From NCBI RefSeq assembly GCF_964194155.1, contig NC_135909.1:12586001-12650000 (forward strand): DNA of 64,000 nt, given 5' to 3'. The translations under genes and the position numbers were made by a program. Below, piece by piece: positions 24,032 through 36,330 of the stretch; the first letter of the stretch is position 1, and each line of letters starts with the position of its first letter. The notes below the pieces were generated by a model that saw nothing but the letters and a program-made list of their open reading frames with translations, was not told the DNA's origin and ran no database searches. The DNA comes from Cetorhinus maximus. Its lineage: Eukaryota.

Positions 24032-25360
24032 TGTTAGGAAGTAGAGAGGTTTAAGGAAGTTATATTGGTATTTTCAATTGTTAGGAATGAGTTTTAGCTT
24101 TAAAGTTTAAGTTTGATTTGTATTTCTGTAAAACAAAACAAAAACAGAATTACCTGGAAAAACTCAGCAAGTCTGGCAGCATCGGCGGAGAAGAAATCAG
24201 TCAACGTTTCGAGCCTCCATGGCCCTTCGGCAGAACTGCAGCATAGTTTCAACAAGGGAGAAATATAAATTTATATTTATATTTATATTTCTCCCTTGTT
24301 GAAACTATGCTGCAGTTCTGCCGAAGGGCCATGGAGGCTCGAAACGTTGACTGATTTCTTCTCTGCCGATGCTGCCAGACTTGCTGAGTTTTTCCAGGTA
24401 ATTCTGTTTTTGTTTTGTTTTGGATTTCCAGCATCCGCAGTAGCTTTTAGCTTTTTGTTTTTATCTTTGTATTTCTGTATGTGTGTTAAGAAAGGTCAAA
24501 TGGAGTTTTAGTTTCGTTTTAAAAAGGTGCATGCATTTCTAATCAGGTTTACGACTTAAGAAGTTAAGCAAACACATCAGTAGAAGAATTGGGCTGTTGC
24601 CTAGCAAGAGGGAGGCAAAGAGGCAGGTCCCTTCCACAGACACACACAGAGGAGAGAAACTGCAGTTTTGATTTGGAAGCTGCGGACCTCGGTTGGCTTT
24701 TGAAAGTTGCTGCCAAGAGAGACTGGAAAAGGGAGCAGGTTGTTAGTCCCAAGCGAAAGAAAAATCCCAAAATCCAGGGGAGTGGATGAGGGGTAAGTCC
24801 AAAACAGACGTTCTGGTCAAAGGAAGGATGGGAACCTGAAACAGGTCCTGTTAATGAATTTAAGAGTGAGGGGCAGAGGGAATGGCTTCAATCCTCGTGT
24901 GAAAGGCGGAGTGCAGTGAAACTGGTTGACTCACAGCTTGACAAGCTTCTGTGGGGAGTTGAGGAGAGATCCATAGCATTTGGTTAAGGTGGTATCTGTC
25001 ACTTCGTTTCAGGGTCTTGTGTGCCTTACCACAGGGTGCCTATTGATACATGGATTGTGTAATTACTGTGTAATTTAAAGAATAAAATAGATTATCCAAC
25101 TTGCGTTATCCTTACAAATTTGTCTCCACCTGTAAAGTTATAATTGAGGGTGAAAGAGTATTGTAACATGATTCATCTTTTCTCGATGAATAACTGTTTT
25201 ATTTATTTTACGCTAAAAGTTGATCAGCTGACTCCTATAACTCTGTTCAGTAGCAACTTTCCACGTGTTTAAACAAACAAATAAAAGTTAGAATCTATCA
25301 AGCTGGGTTCCACTCTGGGTTTAGGATTGTCCCAGGGTAATCTCTGCTGGGACCATAACA
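24032..25360 (+). mobile_element. Solo LTR (Gypsy-like) inserted in a CR1 fragment
   Basis: Termini TGTTA...TAACA; 4-bp TSD AAAT/TAAT; the CR1 host rejoins as ...ACAAATCCATGCTGG. Confidence 0.7.
24130..24465. mobile_element. Young foldback element (141-bp arms) with hammerhead-like motif on both strands; 14-bp TSD
   Basis: 24130-24270 is the reverse complement of 24281-24421 with one mismatch; TSD TTTGTATTTCTGTA at 24117-24130 and 24466-24479. Confidence 0.92.
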
Positions 25361-26114
25361 TAATCCATGCTGGTTTTACTTATTAATGCGCATTTTCCCG
25401 AGGTAATTTTCATGTTGTCGGGAATTTTACTTTCTGAAAGGTAGCTCACCACCCAGGTTAAACTGACTGCCCTGTAGTTTCTGGGCTTATCCTTACACGT
25501 TTGTTTGAACAAGGATGTTACAATAGCAATTCTCCACTCCGCTGTCACCACCGCGAGTCTAAGGAATATTGGAAAATTGTGTCCTGTGTCCCTGCAATTC
25601 CTGCTCTCCTCCCTCAGTATTCTGGATGGACCTCGTCTGGTCCTAAACAACTTTAAGCACACACAGCCTATCAAATACCTTCTCCTGAAATTGTTTATTA
25701 CCTTTACACTAAAATATCGATCGAGGTGAAACGGCTCACTTTCTGCTCAGTACAACTCCTAGAACACAAACAAAATATGATCAAATCAAATTCACACTAT
25801 GGGGCTACCAGACCTGGCCGTCTCAGAGAAGACGACAATTCTCTCAGAGAATACAACAGCCGAATGCATTCATCCAGAAAATGGGGTTGTCTAATTAGTC
25901 TGTTCGGGAAACATTACAGTGCGATTAAGCGAGCAATTGTTTTTTTTTTTCAAATTGCCTTCATTTCCTTCATGTGTGTTTCATTGATGAGTTCTCTGCA
26001 ATGGTGGGTCCAGTTCTCAAACTTACCCCTGATATAAGTAAACCGCTCCACCTAGACCGCAATGAGTTTTCGACAATGCACTGGGCGACTTACACGACAA
26101 ATAACAACACGTGA

Positions 26115-26204
26115 GAGCTCGCCTGAGATTTGAAACAGAGACCGCTCACATTTTCACTTATAAAACGTCCCATAGCGAGAATCACACGGCGAGACCAATA
26201 ATGT
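26115..26204 (-). pseudogene. tRNA-Pro(TGG) pseudogene with 18-nt intron (26151-26168)
   Basis: Reverse complement TTGGTCTCGCCGTGTGATTCTCGCTATGGG-[ACGTTTTATAAGTGAAAA]-TGTGAGCGGTCTCTGTTTCAAATCTCAGGCGAGCTC. Confidence 0.78.
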
Positions 26205-26588
26205 AACTGTATGTATATAACTCAGCCAATATAGACATTCATTGGCACCCAAAAGATATCAGCCATTCTTTCAGAGCGCTCTAGGTAAAAGAGAACATTG
26301 AAGAAATACACCAGGCAGTGTCTAGGCCCAGGCAGTATCCATGGAGCCGGCAAGAAAACTCAAGTTTCAGTTACACTCATTCTCTTCTTGGGATAAATGA
26401 ACTCATTCTCTTATTAGGATAAATTAACCGTCCGATTACATGAGCAACCGTTTCTGCATTTACTCCACGTGTTTTGCAGTGATAATTTGGTTATAATGAC
26501 TTCTCAGGTTCTAAAAACTCGGCCGGGTTTAAGTAAAACCCGCCTTTTCGCTCGTAAAGAAATATGTATTACAAGTGGTAACACACGA

Positions 26589-26679
26589 GGGCTCGCCCGG
26601 GATTTGAACCCGGGACCTCTCGCACGATCATTTAACGAAAATCCCCGAAGCGAGGATCATAGCTCTAGAACAACGAGCC
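26589..26679 (-). tRNA. tRNA-Pro(CGG) with 19-nt intron (26625-26643); D-arm damaged, likely a pseudogene
   Basis: GGCTCGTTGTTCTAGAGCTATGATCCTCGCTTCGGG-[GATTTTCGTTAAATGATCG]-TGCGAGAGGTCCCGGGTTCAAATCCCGGGCGAGCCC. Confidence 0.85.
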
Positions 26680-27344
26680 TTCCACAGGTAAGCGAGATAA
26701 CCGCTTTGTGTATTCATTGTCCTCCAGAGTGCCTCAACCCTCCTTTTGGGTTTCTGTCGTAACACCAGAAAACAATTAAGAATTACACCTCATGGCAGGC
26801 AGCAGCGTGGACAGTGAAAGGGTGTTCACGTTTCAGGTCGATGACATTTCATCAGAACTCAGCAATGCTAGAATTGTGATCAGTTTTACACTGTAACTCC
26901 TTACACCGAGCTGGAACAGGAACTCGGTACCCACTCAGTCTGCCGGTGCGTGCGCCCTTCCTCCCACCGCTGACGTCCTCGTTGTTCAGCCGTTGACGGT
27001 CGCCCACTTGCCGCCTCTCACTCACTCCCCTGCTCCCGAATGCCAGGTGCACAGACGCCAGACCCTCCCCGCCTGGCTCGCTGCGCTACACGCCAACCCT
27101 TCTGCCGCACCGCTCGCTACCCGACTACCAAGCCCCTCACCTCCCTATCGGCACCTCCCTCCTGACCCCTGTCGCCGCCCATCTCACCACAAGAACTGAG
27201 GAGATGGTGACAAGCAGAACAGCAAGTGAGGCGGTGAGGGGTAGGAAGCAGGCGGAGGAACGGGATATTACTGAGGCCCCGAGCAGTCCGGCAAGCGAGA
27301 CGGTGAGCAGGGCAGGGACAGCAGTGCCGAGAGAGGCACACAAG

Positions 27345-28335
27345 AACAAGAACACGAAAATCAGGAGCAGCAAGAGGCCATTCAGCCTCTCGAAGCTGTT
27401 CCAGCATGGCTGATCTGAATGTGGCCTTAACTCCACTTTCCTGTCTGCCTCCCATAATTCTTTACTCATTCCTTTCTCAAAAATATCTCCAACTCAACCT
27501 TGAACATTTTCAATGACCCAGCCTCCACTGCTCTCTGGGGAAGAAAAATCCACAGATTAATGTCCCACTGAGAGAGAGAGAAAACAAATGACCTTCTGTC
27601 AGTCTGAAATGTGAGAGGCCGATATTTTTAAACTGAGTCACCTGATTGTAGAGTCCCCCACAAAAGGAAACATAGTCTCAGCAGCCACCCTGTCAAGTCC
27701 CCTCAGGATTATATATCTTTCAGTAAGATCACCTCCCATTCTTCAAAACTCCAATGGGTATAGGCCCAACCTCCTCAACCTTTTCTCTAAAGAAAACCCT
27801 TGCATTCCAGGAACCAGTCGGCTGAATCTTCCCTGACCTGCTGTAATGCAATTATATCCTTTCTTAACAAAGGAGACTAAGACTGTCCACAGTCCACCAG
27901 ATGCTGTCTCACCAATTGTGTATGACTGTGGGGAAACTTCCATAATTTTATATTCGATTCCTTCTGTAATAAAAGCCAACGTTCCATTCGCCTTCTTAAT
28001 CACTTGCTGCATCTCTATACCAACTTCTTGAGGCTCATGAACGAGGACCCCCAGAACCCTCTGCACTGTAGAGTTCTGAAGCATTTCTCCATTCACATGA
28101 TGCACTGCTTTTAAATTCTTCCTGCCAAAGTGGACAAGTTCACATTTTACCAAGTTATTCTGCATCTGCCAATTATTGACTACTCACCCAACCAATCTAA
28201 ATCGCTCTGTACACTCTATATGTCCTTCTTCTACAGTGAAGGCAGAAACAAAATACCCGTTCAACAGTTCAGCCAGTTCCTTGTTTTCCATTATTAATTC
28301 TCCAGTCTCACCATCTGCGGGACCAACATGCACTT
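27345..28335 (-). mobile_element. CR1 3' fragment
   Basis: ORF 27743-28165: KCELVHFGRKN...QRVLGVLVHE...KKANGTLAFI...RLRRLGLYPLEF. Confidence 0.85.
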
Positions 28336-29249
28336 ATAGAAATATTTATAAACATTTATAGAGTGAATTCCGGCTCGGGAGTGGGCCAGCGAGCGGAACA
28401 CAGCAAAACAGTGTTAATTTCGGGCTGAGTTTGATCTGCACCATCTCCGCTGCTGAAAGTGACCTGGAACGTCACTGGCTTTGACGTCACAGACACTGAA
28501 ACTCCACGTGTGGAGCGCGTGCTCTCTGCTGTTCCGGTGTCAACAAACTCAGCCAAAAGGTCTTTCCCATGTGGACCAACGTGAGAACTTCCCGGGAAGT
28601 TTACATTTACCCCTCCTGCCGTGGACCCTCCTCGAATGCCTCCGACTCTGAACTAGAGTCAGAAACTTGGGACAGATCCCAAACAATTAGCTTGCTAGAT
28701 GCCCAGGAAAGGTTAAATAGTTTAAATTCTGGCCTATCACCTGGGTTACTGCGCAACCGAATACTCAGTCGCCCCGATCCGACCACCTGACCTCTCCGCG
28801 GATCTTCTGACTGGCTCCTAACCTGTATGTTGACACGGTCAAGCACTTAAACCATCAGACCCACCTACTCACTCACCCACCAAACTCATTCACTCAGCCA
28901 GCTATCTACCTACACACGTCACCCACCTAACCATTCATTCAGTCACTAGCTCACCCAATCAGTCATGTATTTGCTCCCGCACAGTCAATGACTCGATATT
29001 TAAACTACCAGAATAAGGCTAATACTGTAAAAAGGTGCCATGTACTTTCGTTGCTTTACTCTGCCGCTGGGTTTAGATGGGGGAGTTAGATAGCGGCGGT
29101 GCTGCGCATTTCTCTGACATCAGGGCGGGAAGATCCATGGAGAAATGTGCAGGAACATCGGGGAGGCAAAATCTTTGTGTGAGGTGGTAATTGCTGCTGA
29201 CCGGAAATTGCGGATTATTATGTGCTGTGTACATTGAGCGGAGCTGATT

Positions 29250-30380
29250 CAGTGGCGCTTGTTTTCACCGTCCAGCCCGCCAGTTTCCATATTCGACACA
29301 TTATCCTCCGATATTTTTACCACAGCCAGCATGATATGACCACCAAAAACATCCTCTCTTCTCCTCCACAATCACCATTCCAAAGGGGCCATTCACTCGG
29401 CGACAGCTGGTGCTCCCCCAGTACACCTTCCCTTTACTAGGGCACAATCTCATGCAAGAGCATGAGTTGAAACTCCTCTTTTACCTCTTCCCTTCTCAAC
29501 ATTCAAGGCCCCAAACACTTTTTCCAAGTTTAACAATGATACACTTGTCCTGCTTTCAATTTAGTATAATATATTTGGTGTTCACAATATGGCCTCCGCT
29601 ACATGATGAGGCCCCACAGACTGAGTGACCGCTTTGACAACACCTCATTTCAGTCCGCAAGCCTGACTCCGACTTTCCTGCCACTTGTAATTTCAATTCG
29701 CCACCTTGCTCCCACTCTGACCTTTCTTGGTCTGCTGCACCGTTCCAATGAAGATTAACGTAAGCACGAGGAAGAACACGGTCATTTTTCAACTCGGCAT
29801 CTTACAGGTTTCAGGGCTCACACTGAGTTCAATACTTTTAGATTATAAACACTGTCCCAATTTTGTTTCATGTGTTTTTTGCTATTTCGTCTTTTCCCTC
29901 ATTCTCTATTCTATCTCATTGCAATTGGACGGCTGCTATCCAGCCATTCACACCTCATCTGGGCCAATCGTTTGTTTATTTCACTGTACCAATACAACTC
30001 CCTGTCCTATGGGGAGATGTTTGGCATAGTGGTAATGTTCCTGGATTAGTGCTCTAGAAACCTAGCCTAATATTCTGAAGACACAGGTTCAAATCCAACC
30101 ACAGCAGCTAATGGGGTTTACTCTGAAAGAGTTAAAACTCCCTGTGGCGTTTGCCCCGTGAAACTTATTTTTGTAATTTCATCTCTCCGGGCACGCACAC
30201 CATCACAGACCTGCGCTTTTCTTCAACCTCTTCCCAGCACCCGACTCTTTCACTTGTTCAAAACCTATTACATTTCTACCTTTCCTCAGTTCTGCTAACG
30301 AGTATCGTTAACTTGAAACATTAATTAATTCTCCCTCTACAGTTGCTGCTGAGTGTTTCCAGCATTTTCTGTTTTAGTAT
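29250..30380 (+). mobile_element. Penelope-like element 3' part (decayed GIY-YIG region and pLTR)
   Basis: TTCAATTTAGTATAATATATTTGGTGTTCACAATATGGCCTCCGCTACAT (FNLVY.IWCSQYGLRY, GIY-YIG-like); ends in the GCTGAGTGTTTCCAGCATTTTCTG tail shared with the foldback elements. Confidence 0.65.
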
Positions 30381-31699
30381 CATAGTAAGCTCTTTGCCTG
30401 ATAACACATCCCTTTAAATTCAATAATCTGGAACTGGTAACAAACCACATTTAAACAGACATAGTCATACCTCAATTCAATTTCGATTCCCTGAAAGAAG
30501 ACAATATTTTACCGTTTCCATTCCGCGCCAAAGGGATCAATTCTTATGCCAGCTTCTCACACCCTTCATGCCCCACAGGATGTAGGACTGATTTCTATCC
30601 ATGAATCATAGAAGGATACAGGACAGACAGAGGTCATTCCGCCTGTGCTGGGTCTTTGGTTGAGCGATATAATTACTCCCACATCCAAGCTCCCTCCCCA
30701 TATTCCTGTGTTGTTTTTCCTTTCAGATATTTCTCCAAATGTATTTTGAAAGTTATTATTGCATTTGCTTCCACCACCCGTCCAGATAGCTTCCATTTCA
30801 CAACAACACTATGTGTAAAATATATTCTCCTCATCTCTCTCCTGGCTATTTTCCCAATCAGCGTCAAACTGTGCTCTCTGGTTAGCGGCCCTTCCGTCAG
30901 TGGGAACAGTTTCTCCTGATTTACTCTATCAAACTGGTCATCATGTGACCACCTCATGGCAGGAGTTTCGCAACGCGAAACAATTGGAGGAAATTCGAGG
31001 AAAATTTTAACAAAATTGTTTCTGAATATTAATTTATCCAAATTTGAACAATTTCAACAACAGCACCGCAATTGAATAAAACTTCCCAAAGCGCTTCGAA
31101 GGAGCTCAGTCAAGCAACATTCGACACTGAGTCACAAATTTGGGCAGCTGAAAAAAAACTTGGTCAAAGGGATGGATTCTAAGAGGGTCTTAAGCGGGCT
31201 GGGGAGTGCGGGTTGTGGTTGGTAATTGGGGCCGTTTCTAGAAGGAATTTCAGAGCTAAAGGCTCAGAGAGATAGAAACGAGGCCGCCATTCATGAAACA
31301 ATGACAAGCGGAAATGAATAAGAGACCAAGTTTGGATTCAGAAAGAAAAAGACAAATCTCCTGGAAAGAAACTACGAATCTAGTCTGGCAATAGAGAAAT
31401 CTATCCCTGGGCTACTAATGTTCACACAGCCGCTCATTCCATGTGTCCAATTTGAAACCTGTCTGAAGGATCATGCGGTCTGACAGAGAGCCTGTGATAA
31501 TCTTCCCAGTGTCTGATCTAAAGCTGTAACAGGAGATGTTCCTTACAGCTGTGATAACCGTGTTGGTCTTGATGTTCAGGGCTGTAGACTCACATCATTC
31601 TTGTTTCGAGCTGTCTGTCAGAAACAGTTTGGAAAGATGACGGAGCAGTTATGGGAAATAGTGTTATGCTGAATGTCACTGATGCTCGTTGGCGAAATA

Positions 31700-32740
31700 T
31701 CACAGAATCACTGCATTGTTACGGCACAGAAAGAGGCCATTTGGCCCATCATGTCTTCATAGGCTCTCCGAATGAATAACTCTTGAACCATTCCCCCACC
31801 TTCTCCCCGTAACCCTACACATTCTTCCTTTTCGGATAACATTATAATTGCCTTTTGAATGCTTCAGTTGATGCTGCCTCCATCACACTCTCGGGCAGTG
31901 CATTCCAGACCCTTGCCACTCGCTTCAAAATATTAAATAAAAAAAACTTCTGAAAACAATTCGCTTCTTTTGCTAATCACATATCATTTCGATCCTCCCA
32001 CGAATGAAAAAAAAATTCTCCCTATCTACCCTTTCCAGAATTCTCATGATTTTCAACACCTCTATCAAATCTCCTCTAAACCTTCTTTTCTCGAAGGAAA
32101 ACAGCCCTATCTTCTCCAATATATCTTCATAACTGAAGCTCCCCATCCCTGGAACCATTCACGTGAATCTTTTCTGCACCCTCTCCAGCATCTCCACATC
32201 CTCCCTAAAGAGTGGGGCCCAGAACCGGACGCAATTCTCTTGTTGAGGCCGAACTCGTGAATTATACAAAGTCAACATAGCCTCTTGCTCTTGTACTCTA
32301 TCCCTTTATCAATAAAGTCCAGGATACTGTATGGTTGATGAAACACTCTCTCAAGCTGTCCCTTCAATGGTTTACGAACATAAACATCCAAGTCCCACTG
32401 CTTCTCCACCTCCCTTTGAGTTGTACCCTTCATTTTATATTGTCTTTCCAAGTTCTTCCGACCAAACCTCTCTCCATTGAACTTCATCTGCCACCTGTCT
32501 CCCCATTTCCACCAACAGGTCCAAGTCCATTTGAAGTTCTACACTATCCTCCACACTCTCCACAATGCTTCCAAGCTTTGTATCCTCCGCAAAAGTTGAA
32601 ATTTTGTCGTGGGCATAAAGGTCTGGGTCATTGATATTTATCAGGAACAGCAAAGGTCCCAACCCTTCCGCCAGGCCGAATAACATCCATTTACCACCAA
32701 CCTCTGTTTCCTGCCACTCAGCCAATTCTGTATCCTTGTA
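31700..32740 (-). mobile_element. CR1 3' fragment present only in this copy of the inverted duplicon
   Basis: LGPLLFLININD, ISTFAEDTKLG, IGLFSFEKRRFRGDLIEVLKIM. Confidence 0.85.
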
Positions 32741-32921
32741 GCGGCGAAGCGGCTCTACTCCTTTTGCCAACTGTTTCACTATTCGGTGGCGAGTTTTCTT
32801 CTGTTAAGTGGTTCAGATTGGAAAGTGGGGCGTGACTGGATTCACCTGTACAGAGAGGGGTTGGTGACGGCAGTTTCCCTTCTCCGATAAACCAGTTGCT
32901 GATTTGTTTTTATATAAGAAA

Positions 32922-33012
32922 CGACTCTGGTGGGATTCGAACCCACAACCTTTAAATCTCTTGTACAACAGCAGCTAGAAGCCCAACACGCTATCCGTTG
33001 CGCCACAGAGCC
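32922..33012 (-). tRNA. tRNA-Arg(TCT) with 18-nt intron (32958-32975); weak anticodon stem
   Basis: GGCTCTGTGGCGCAACGGATAGCGTGTTGGGCTTCTA-[GCTGCTGTTGTACAAGAG]-ATTTAAAGGTTGTGGGTTCGAATCCCACCAGAGTCG; three G-U pairs in the anticodon stem. Confidence 0.9.
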
Positions 33013-33219
33013 CAACACATGATGTGGTAATTTCCTATTCCAGATAAGGGAATTTCTGACATTGAAGAACAAAACGTTCAAACGGTCAGCAATTTCCTCC
33101 ATTTGAACAATGACGACATTTCAAGAGCACTCATTGCCTGTGAAGTGTTTTGGACGTCCTGTGGTTGTGAAAAGAGCGATAGAAATTCGAGTGAAAGAGC
33201 AATTTCCTTCAAAAGGACA

Positions 33220-34095
33220 TATTCACATTGGAAAATAGGGCGGCTGAATTTTTTTGCAGAGAAGGGTGAAGTGATTCATTTTGGTCGGAAGAACACGGGG
33301 AGAAAAGACAAAATAAAGTTTACAATTCCAACGACGGTGCCGGAACAGCGGGAAATGATGTACACCTGCATAAATCATTGATGGAGGCAGTGCAGGTTGA
33401 AAGAATAGTTTATGAATCATATAATACCCTTGGCTTTATGAATGGGAGCATAGATTACAAGAGCAAAGCGGTTGTTTTGAACTTGGAAAAGAGTATTTCG
33501 GCCACACCTGGAGTATTGCGCCCAGTTCCGGGCATCACACTTTAGGAAAGATGTGAATGCATTGGAGAGGAAGCAGTAACGTTTCACGAGAATATTTCGC
33601 GGCGAGGGAACTTAAGTTACCTCGATACATTGTAGCGGTAGGGGTTATTTACCTTGGAGACGAGAAATTTGAGAGGAGATTTCTTAGAGTTCTTTGCAGT
33701 CCCGAGTCTTCTGGACAGAGGGTGGGTGATGATTTGGTCATGGGCTGCTTCAGTATCGGAGGTGTTGAAAATCGTGCCGAACATTGAGCAATCATCAGCG
33801 AACATTCCCAATTCTGCTGGAAGGAAGGTCAATAGTGAAGCAGCTGAAGATGGTTGGGCCTAGGACACCATACCGAGAAACTCCTGCAGTGATGTCGTGG
33901 AACTGGGATGATTGATCTCCACAACCACAATCATCTTTCTTTGTGCTGGGTATGACTCCAACCAGCAGAGAGCTCCCCACGCCCCGCCCCCGATTCCCAT
34001 TGTCTCCAGTTTTGCTGGGGATCAATAATGCCACATAGTCAAATGCAGCCTTGATGTCAAGGGCAGTCACTTTCACCTCACCTCTGGAGTTCAGT
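33220..34095. mobile_element. CR1 fragment (+, ~33220-33690) followed by an L2-like RT fragment (-, ~33715-34095)
   Basis: EKGEVIHFGRKN on +; ALDIKAAFD, GVLGPTIFSCF and GMFADDC on -. Confidence 0.8.
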
Positions 34096-35290
34096 TTGCG
34101 TTGGAGGACGTGGGGAATCAGGTTGTTTTGTTTGCCCACCCAAGCTGAATGTTGGGCTTGAGGTGGCAATGAGATTCGGAGGGGAGGGAGACAACCTTTC
34201 ACTGAGTTTCAAGTTTGCAGATCAGACCTTGGCGGGATTGCTGCTATATTCCCAGGACGTGGTGATCTCATTCTTAGAGTGACACACTTACACTGAGGAT
34301 AAGTTGCTCCATGTAAAATAAAATGGAGATGTGGGATGTCAGAATCTGTTCAACACTGATTCACTTTTATTCACTTCTGCATCCTGGAGTAACAAAGTGA
34401 TTTGTAGCTGTAAAAAAAATAAATAAAATTCAGAAGATTCAGTCCAATACCTCCACAGTTTCCACTATTACAGCCCTCAGCATTTTCAGATGCATTCCAT
34501 CTCCCACTGACTTATCAACATTTAGCACAGCCAGACCTTCTCGTATCTCTTCTTTATCACGAGTTATATGTTAAAGAAGTCAATTGCAAATTGTCGATGG
34601 AGGATTTGTGCCCTCTTATTGAAGAGGATTTAAAGGAGAGGAGCGAAGCATTTGTGCTGAAGAAGTAGGATCAGTGAAAATAAAAGCAACAATAAGTGGA
34701 ATGAAGGGGGCGGGCTGTTCATGGGCTGACTGGAGAATTTCATTAGGATTTATTCATTGGAGATTGGAAGGTCATTTTTCCAAATCTTTAAGGAGATTAT
34801 TGTTGAAGGAAGCTTGTCTTCATCTATAAGGAATCATTAGCTAAGTTTATAAAAATAACGCGGATAGATAGGATTCAAAGAATTGGATGGGTATCACGTT
34901 GTAATGTGGAATATAAGATCTTGGTGAGGGCTTGGAAAAACCTTTAGGAAGAACACCAATCCTTGGAGAGCATGCAGTGGAAATTTTCTGGAATGGGATC
35001 AGTGGTGAGGGATTCAGTATGTGGATGGACTGAAAAATACAAACTGGAGATGCTCTTATCAGAGAGAATGTTAAGGCGAGATTTAGTACAGATATTTAAG
35101 GTTAGCCAATATATTTAGTATCAGCCCAGGTATTCATTTCTTATACACATTAAGCAATATTTTTCCCATTGATGGAATGTTTGAAAACCAATGATTAGAT
35201 AAAAAATAAATCGTGGTAAATGTTTCACACTGCTCCATTCCAAACAGTTCCTGACTTGACGTGATAGATTTTATTTTTACTGGAGCCGCA
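33943..35290 (+). repeat. Segmental duplication, direct copy of 1-1357
   Basis: Near-identical to the start of the window. Confidence 0.95.
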
Positions 35291-35402
35291 TTTCCAACAT
35301 TGCACACCTGGCTGCACTTTCAGAACCTTCTTGCCAACTCTTCATGGCTGGAAAAAAGGATACGAGATCATGACTTAAAGCTAGGATCGGCTCTGAGGGG
35401 AT

Positions 35403-35456
35403 GTTAAGATGAGGGATTATGAAACTATTGTGCTTTTCACACGTGGGTTCGAATCA
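35403..35456 (+). pseudogene. tRNA-Ser remnant
   Basis: GTTAAGATGAGGGATTATGAAACTATTGTGCTTTTCACACGTGGGTTCGAATC aligns without gaps to Ser(GCT) from the D-loop to the T-loop. Confidence 0.6.
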
Positions 35457-35554
35457 AGTTATTGGATATTTTTAGTCCATTGCTTCTTCCTGTTTGAGTA
35501 GGTTTTGCATAAAAAAGGCCTGGAATCGGATGGTTATCAGTGTCACAATGGAGG

Positions 35555-36330
35555 TGACAAGTTTCAAGTAACATTTGCACCTCACAAGTGTCAGGCAATA
35601 ATCATCTCCAAGAAGTAAGAATCCAACTATTACCTTGATGTTCAATGGCATTACCATCGCTGAATCCCCCACTATCAACATCCTGGGAGTTACCATTGAC
35701 AAGAACCTGAACTGGAATACCCATATAAACATTATGGCTACAATAGCAGGTCAGAGGCTAGGGATTGTGCGATGAGTAACTCACGTCCAGGCTCCCCAAA
35801 GCCTTTCCACCATCTACAGGGCACAAGTCAGGAGTGTGATTGAATGCTCCCCGCTTGCCTGGATGAGTGCAGCTCCCACACCACCCAAGAAGATTTACAC
35901 CATCCAAGGCAAAGCAGCTCGCATGATGGAGACCGCATCCAAAAACATTCATTCCCTCCACCGCCGACGCACAGTAGCAGCAGTGTGTACCATGTTCAAG
36001 GTGTACTGCAGGAACTCACCAAGGCTCCTTCGACGGCACCATCCAGACCCTGGACCACTACAATATAGAACGGCAAGGTCAGCAGATAGATGGGAACACC
36101 ACCACCTGGAAATTCCCCTTCAAGCCATGAATTGGAAATATATCGCTGTTCCTTCAATGTCGCTGGTAAAAGTCCTTGAACTCCCTTCCTGACAGCACTG
36201 TGGACGTACCTACACCACATGGACTGCAGAGGTTCAAGAAGGCAGGTCACCACCACGTTCTCAAGGGCAATTAGGGATGGGCAATAATTGTTGTCCAAAC
36301 CAGCGAAGTCCAAATACCTAGAATGATTTT
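35555..36330 (+). mobile_element. L2-like LINE 3' fragment
   Basis: Same family as 6740-7495 (TIYRAQVRSVIECSPLAWMSAAPT). Confidence 0.85.

Noticed and set aside
26900-27345. GC-rich segment with several overlapping ORFs
   Set aside because: No recognisable domain or splice structure; cannot be assigned.
28360-28800. CpG-rich patch with TGACGTCA and CACGTG and a 73-aa ORF
   Set aside because: More likely a decayed LINE 5' UTR/ORF1 (MW...YIYPSC...SELESE); no evidence for a host gene.
30010-30115. tRNA gene
   Set aside because: A and B boxes are present, but it matches the head of the SINE at 18500-18820 and forms no cloverleaf.
32922-33012. Arg(TCT) intron as a novelty
   Set aside because: Arg(TCT) introns are standard in vertebrates.
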